DNA of 64,000 nt, taken from positions 1 to 64,000 of IMG/VR virus record IMGVR_UViG_3300030108_002488; one strand, 5' to 3'. Within the stretch, counting starts at the first letter, position 1, and the number at the start of each line of letters is the position of its first letter. Origin of the DNA: an uncultured virus (IMG/VR IMGVR_UViG_3300030108_002488). Lineage: Duplodnaviria > Heunggongvirae > Uroviricota > Caudoviricetes. Positions 58,927 to 64,000 of this stretch are shown here, piece by piece. The notes beneath the pieces were generated by a model. It did not search any database. It worked only from the letters and a program-made list of their open reading frames with translations, and had not been told where the DNA came from. A program made the position numbers and the translations under genes.

Positions 58927-60362
58927 TATTCGTCACCTCCGTATATGGCGGCTAGTGATTTACTACCCTTGATGGTTTCGGACGATGATGAGCCACCAAT
59001 TAATCCTCTACCACCTGATTTACCAATAATAAACCCATCACCAGCCACACCATGATTATATTTAATTACGAACAATTTACTTACTAATTTAATATCACCG
59101 AATAAAGATGTGCTGTCTTCTACCACTTGTTGTATTACATCAGGCTTACCTTCTGTAACCGATATGCCTTGTACTAATCCTTGTAGTATACCCTCCACAC
59201 CTGTGTCTACTTGTAAGAATACTAAATTTGTAGAATTATTAGATAGATTATGTGATACTTCTGTTAGTATTCTAGGTAAACCTTCGTAAGTAATAATTTG
59301 ACCGGGTCTTAAATCCCAAGCATTAGGATGACCATCGCTATACATACTACCCTCTAATATATTATTAGCCTTTAATATAGTTCTAGCAATTCTTCTAGCG
59401 GCATCGTTAGATTTAACACTCGCATCAGTGATAACAGATGGTTCTTCTTGTATGTCACCACCCCTACCGCTTTGTCTTTCACCATCACTCATTATAACAT
59501 AAGATACATTGTTCAAAGCAATTGGTACACCTTGAACTGCGATTTTATTAGGGGTGTTAGCGATAGGATTTATACCCTTACCACCAGTTCTGACAGCGGA
59601 ATCTATCATTCTACCCGCCTCTGTGAAATTAAAAGGAACATAAAGTAAATTACCAAATCTATCGAAGTAAGCAATACAATTATCATACCTACCTAAGAAT
59701 TTAAAAGCAGTTAAAAGATTGATATCGTGGAAATCATGTGATACAAATTTTGTAGAAAACTTTCTTCTTTCAGTATTTGCGTTTGTAGGATTACGAGATA
59801 AACCTAAGTTAACAGAAGTAAACTCATCGGCAACATCTTTTGCTAATCTCATAGCCAAATCAGATGTTCTAAGGCCGACATTAACAGGTTGTGCAAAATG
59901 ACCACTAGTACCGATAAAACCAATCTCTTCTATGGTTTTACCTTTTAAATTTTTAAGAGTCATGATTGTACCATCCGTAGATGTTTGTATATCACTTAAA
60001 AATAATCTTTGTGAAGGCGCTACACTATTGTAAATTAAAGGTGGTTTATCTTTTGCGCTACTACTAGACAATTGTGAACTCATATAGAACACGGGGCTAG
60101 TAGAATCATGACCATCAACATCGGGCTCTAATATTTTAACACTATCTTGTCTACCTTGTATTTGATATGCTTTTCCTGTCGCTATTGCGTATGTAGATGT
60201 TTTTCTTTGTCGTATGGTCAATTTATGTTTGTCACTATTTTGTGGATTTATTTCTGCTAAATGAACAGCGTTATCAACAAACTTAGGTTTTCTCACATGT
60301 GTCATAATTTGTGCATCTCTACTAGTGTTACCTAGTATGTATGAAGTGCTTATCAATGGCAT
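58926..60362 (-). CDS. Probable tail hub/baseplate protein
   Basis: YFDRFGNLLY, DLRPGQII, EVSH patterns resembling hub proteins; context. Confidence 0.5.
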   Translation of the reverse strand: MPLISTSYILGNTSRDAQIMTHVRKPKFVDNAVHLAEINPQNSDKHKLTIRQRKTSTYAIATGKAYQIQGRQDSVKILEPDVDGHDSTSPVFYMSSQLSSSSAKDKPPLIYNSVAPSQRLFLSDIQTSTDGTIMTLKNLKGKTIEEIGFIGTSGHFAQPVNVGLRTSDLAMRLAKDVADEFTSVNLGLSRNPTNANTERRKFSTKFVSHDFHDINLLTAFKFLGRYDNCIAYFDRFGNLLYVPFNFTEAGRMIDSAVRTGGKGINPIANTPNKIAVQGVPIALNNVSYVIMSDGERQSGRGGDIQEEPSVITDASVKSNDAARRIARTILKANNILEGSMYSDGHPNAWDLRPGQIITYEGLPRILTEVSHNLSNNSTNLVFLQVDTGVEGILQGLVQGISVTEGKPDVIQQVVEDSTSLFGDIKLVSKLFVIKYNHGVAGDGFIIGKSGGRGLIGGSSSSETIKGSKSLAAIYGGDE

Positions 60363-63300
60363 TATGCATCACCCGAGTGGTCTGAAGTATTGAAAGTTAC
60401 ATCTTCTTTATGTCCTTTAGAATGTAATGATTGTGTAAAGCGTGCTTTGACATTATAATCCTTCTCACTACCATCGCTTCTTGACGAGTCTCCTCTGAAT
60501 TTTTGTAGTGTATTTTCACTAATTACTAATCTAGTCACTGTACCTTTAAGACTTGTTTTATCAAAACCAGTAGCCTCTGTACCCGGTAGTTTTGGTCCCT
60601 TAGAAGCGGGAGATTGTACACTAGATGATGTTTTAACATAGTACACTGGTTGATAAGGAGCATTTGATGCAGGTAAATCACTTCCCGAAAAATTAGTAGA
60701 AGTAGCACTAGGTGTTGAATAATTAAACAATCCGTATTTACCACCTGATGTCGCTGAAAAATAATTACTATCGGATTGAGGACTGCTTGAATGTAACGCT
60801 AAATTAGACCTAAAGACTTCAACGTGTTTATTATCTAACAATCTAGTTGGTCTTAGTAAAAATTGTATACTTTTATCTGTGTAATTATATCTACTAATAA
60901 CAGTTCCTGAATTATATACCTGATATGGATTACTAGTCTTTTCACTAGCAGATGCCCAACTTGAAAGACCCCACCCTGTATCGTCAAATGGGTTAGCAAA
61001 ACTGCTCGATTCTAATATGTAATTACCACCTAAAGCGTGTATATTACTTGTATGGCTAAATCTCATCACACCACCTTGAGGTTGACCTGCGAATGTCAAC
61101 GCTGTTAAATCGTAGTCACCCAGTGTTTGTGAGGCTGCTTGCATACCACCGTGTAATATTACTCTCTGTCCTATGTTACGGTCTGTGTGTAAACTATGCG
61201 CCTCTGTATTTACTACAATCATATCAGAGGAACTACCTCCGCTAAAAGATTCTAAGTTTTCAGCATCAATACCTATACGTGGGCTGCTTCTTGATATTGC
61301 TTCTTTATGTACAGATGTACCAGTGAAAGACTCTACCTTCTCACTAGCAACAGCATCAGGTTTTAGTAAACCATCTTCTTCTATATCTAATCTAGCACTT
61401 ATACCTCTTTTAATTTCATCACTTGCTAAAACATCATTACGTGGTCTGATGTAACCTGTACCGAATGTTGGCTCTGAAGTATGATGAGATAACACTATTC
61501 CCGAACCTTGATACACGGTGCTAATATCCGCTAAGACATCTTCGTTAAATTCTGTTGGATATCTAACACCACGGCCCCCACCCATATCTCCAACACGTAG
61601 AGCATTAGTAGGGGCAAAAACATCTACAAGTTCGTTAGAATTATTAGAATTAATATCATTTAATCTACCACCGAATCTAGGAATAGTGTTAGTTCTTGAA
61701 CTCAGGATATTACCACTAGTATCTGCTATACCTTTTAGATTAAAGATAGGTTTACCATTATTCCAAATTCTAGCATGCGGCGTTCTATTGTTAGTCCTGT
61801 CATACTCGTAAGCATCACCAGCATCCCAAGCAGGTCTAATTCCAAATCCACGTACAGGCATTCTTCTTACATCCTCGCCACGAGTATTACCCCACCAATC
61901 GATTAGATAGTAACCTAGTGCGTTTTCAAATGATGATATACCAAGCGCCTCGCCATCTCCCCACCAATCACGAGGTACACCTATACCACCTGTGAAATTG
62001 GCTTCTGATACAGTCGCCAAGTTTTCTGTTATATCGGTGTTACCAGCAGGTCCTGCTACTGCTTGAGTCAAAGTGACTACTCCGTTTGTTACTGTACCGA
62101 CTGTGATTTTACCGTTATGACCATTAGCGTGTTCTATCGCTGCTTTGAGTAACACAACGAATTGATGTTGTGTAGTTCCACCACTTAAGTCAAACCCAAC
62201 TGCTATTCCTGTAGCGTTAGTACTTAGAGTTGCTGTAATTGAACCTGTAGATTTCAATGTGGCACCCGCCGCTACAGCACCTAAATGGGCCACACCTCCG
62301 TCATTAGTATCTGATACGAAATAATCTACTACTGTTCCGTCCGTACTTGTAAGAGTAATTTTCTGACCAGCGGTCAAACCATGTGCAGAACCATGAGCAG
62401 CAGCAGTGAGTGTAGCAGTAGCCTGTGTAGAATTAGCATTTCTGATAGTTCTAACTGGGCAACCATATGAACGAGTCATTCTTCTACCATCACTGTATCT
62501 TGTTTGGAATTCAGGTTTATCCATGCCTAACATACCAGTAAAGTTAGTTTGTCTTTCCATAACTCCAACATAAGTAACAGGTAATGTAGCAGACCCTATA
62601 GATGAGTCATTTCCAACATAAGTTAAACCGCCAAATGGATACTCCACTAACGGACCTTGTCTATTTTCAACTGTAAGAGGAACTGCGCTTCCTGATGCCA
62701 ATGTATCTTCCATCCACGCTCTTAATCCATAGAATCCCCATTGTGGTCTATTCCATGGTTGTCTTAAACCGAATCTATAACCGAAAGTTTGTGGTCTATA
62801 TCCACCGACAGTTTCACCTGATGCTGCGGGAGGACTTGCGTTTGGATTGAATGTAGATGCTAATCCCAAACTTACACTATAACTACCATCATCATCCTTA
62901 TCTAACCAATAAACAGATGTTCCTGCTGGATAATAACCAGCCATATTCCAACCTGCGGCAGCCATAGCATATCCGTCTAGGTTACTATTTAGCGGCCCAC
63001 CTCTACTACCACAAGGCCAATAATTAGATAGCATTATAGTTGTGCTTCCTTGAGATTGAATACCATTTAGGGCATGGATTTCTGCTCCTGTACCTACACT
63101 ACCATCTGCTCCAACATATATTGTACTACCAGTAGCGGGTTCGAATCCTTTACCCGTGTCTGCTATTGTTACATTTGCTGTAGCGACAGCCAAAACTTTA
63201 CCTATTATTTTACCATCTGCGAATAAGAAATCATTAACGCTTACTTCGCTACTTACATCACCAGCAAAAGTAAAAATTCTTTTTAATCCGTTAACTTTGA

Positions 63301-64000
63301 CTGTACCACTTGAACCACCTGCTATGGTTAATGTATCTCCGTAAGAATAGTTTTGTCCTGCGTTATTAATCGCAACAGCGGTAATAACATTAGAACCACT
63401 TACTGTCAAATCAAAAGTAGCACTAGAACCTGTGCCACCAGCACCAGCCTGTGTGGTAGCACTATATCCACTTCCACCTGCGGTGAGAATTACATTATTT
63501 ATTGTCCCACTAGTTCCGTAACTTGACAATGTTTCAGAAATGGGCACAGGTGGTTTTGGTGTCTTGATATCCATGTTGAAAGGACCGTGACTGATAGAAG
63601 AATTAACACCGTGATAATGTATTGTTTCAAAATGCTCAGGAATAGAATTGTACGCTGCTTCATCAACCGCTCTATCTGCATGTAAGTTACTACCGTTGAT
63701 AGGGAATGTTCTACTTGAGTCTGAATAGAAAGTGTAAGGTCTTCCTAAGTTAGGACTCCAAGCGCAGATAAAAGCATCAGGTGTATGCAAACTGTTTGTG
63801 TCACGAGTACCAGCCAATAATTGAGGTAGATTTCTTGTCAAAACACTTCGCTTAGGTTCTGTAAATAACTCTGTGGTACTAGCATTACTATACGGTCTAG
63901 TTAGTCTAACAACTGTACCAGCCTCAGGTAATGAGCCCGATGCAGCACTAACTATGAATTTATGACTTGTTGTTGAATTAGCATTAGTAACCGCTCCTCT
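60362..64000 (-). CDS. Very large virion structural protein (C-terminal part; 5' end outside the window)
   Basis: The frame of the 60362..63841 ORF has no stop up to base 64000, so the listed TTG start is not the real start. Confidence 0.75.
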   Translation of the reverse strand, partial: RGAVTNANSTTSHKFIVSAASGSLPEAGTVVRLTRPYSNASTTELFTEPKRSVLTRNLPQLLAGTRDTNSLHTPDAFICAWSPNLGRPYTFYSDSSRTFPINGSNLHADRAVDEAAYNSIPEHFETIHYHGVNSSISHGPFNMDIKTPKPPVPISETLSSYGTSGTINNVILTAGGSGYSATTQAGAGGTGSSATFDLTVSGSNVITAVAINNAGQNYSYGDTLTIAGGSSGTVKVNGLKRIFTFAGDVSSEVSVNDFLFADGKIIGKVLAVATANVTIADTGKGFEPATGSTIYVGADGSVGTGAEIHALNGIQSQGSTTIMLSNYWPCGSRGGPLNSNLDGYAMAAAGWNMAGYYPAGTSVYWLDKDDDGSYSVSLGLASTFNPNASPPAASGETVGGYRPQTFGYRFGLRQPWNRPQWGFYGLRAWMEDTLASGSAVPLTVENRQGPLVEYPFGGLTYVGNDSSIGSATLPVTYVGVMERQTNFTGMLGMDKPEFQTRYSDGRRMTRSYGCPVRTIRNANSTQATATLTAAAHGSAHGLTAGQKITLTSTDGTVVDYFVSDTNDGGVAHLGAVAAGATLKSTGSITATLSTNATGIAVGFDLSGGTTQHQFVVLLKAAIEHANGHNGKITVGTVTNGVVTLTQAVAGPAGNTDITENLATVSEANFTGGIGVPRDWWGDGEALGISSFENALGYYLIDWWGNTRGEDVRRMPVRGFGIRPAWDAGDAYEYDRTNNRTPHARIWNNGKPIFNLKGIADTSGNILSSRTNTIPRFGGRLNDINSNNSNELVDVFAPTNALRVGDMGGGRGVRYPTEFNEDVLADISTVYQGSGIVLSHHTSEPTFGTGYIRPRNDVLASDEIKRGISARLDIEEDGLLKPDAVASEKVESFTGTSVHKEAISRSSPRIGIDAENLESFSGGSSSDMIVVNTEAHSLHTDRNIGQRVILHGGMQAASQTLGDYDLTALTFAGQPQGGVMRFSHTSNIHALGGNYILESSSFANPFDDTGWGLSSWASASEKTSNPYQVYNSGTVISRYNYTDKSIQFLLRPTRLLDNKHVEVFRSNLALHSSSPQSDSNYFSATSGGKYGLFNYSTPSATSTNFSGSDLPASNAPYQPVYYVKTSSSVQSPASKGPKLPGTEATGFDKTSLKGTVTRLVISENTLQKFRGDSSRSDGSEKDYNVKARFTQSLHSKGHKEDVTFNTSDHSGDA

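Noticed and set aside
63130..63155. GGGTTCGAATCC, resembling a tRNA T-loop
   Set aside because: Lies inside the large structural CDS (encodes GFEP on the minus strand); no cloverleaf or acceptor stem around it

Overview
This window is a 64 kb stretch of a tailed dsDNA virus of archaea. By inference from gene content it is most likely a magrovirus, i.e. a virus of Marine Group II Poseidoniales. Three blocks are visible. (1) 1-17.1 kb, minus strand, late/packaging region: the N-terminus of the terminase large subunit, a possible small terminase, an operon with an Arf/Ras-like small GTPase among membrane proteins, an HMG-CoA lyase, and nine proteins sharing a short '(A/P)(F/M)xxA(W/M/F)xx(L/V/F)K' peptide tag. 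One of these is a modular protein carrying an HD hydrolase domain. (2) 17.1-53.8 kb, plus strand, after a non-coding divergence zone with repeats and a 10-N gap: early and replication genes behind a six-copy TATA-type promoter motif. These include a SNF2 helicase, a PEP-utilising dikinase-like enzyme paired with a CX5R phosphatase, arrays of micro-gene cassettes with shared junction sequences, a UV glycosylase, PC4-like and TFB-like proteins, a degenerate ligase, and an archaeal-type replisome (RFC, probable SSB, RadA/Sak4-like ATPase, probable PCNA, PolB, a twin-PIP-box micropeptide, Cas4-like nuclease, fused primase, ERCC4 nuclease, MCM-like ATPase, exonuclease), followed by a thermosome. 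(3) 53.9-64 kb, minus strand: tail and virion proteins that share an inserted domain. No rRNA, tRNA, CRISPR array or integrase was found. All calls come from motifs read by eye; no database search was run.
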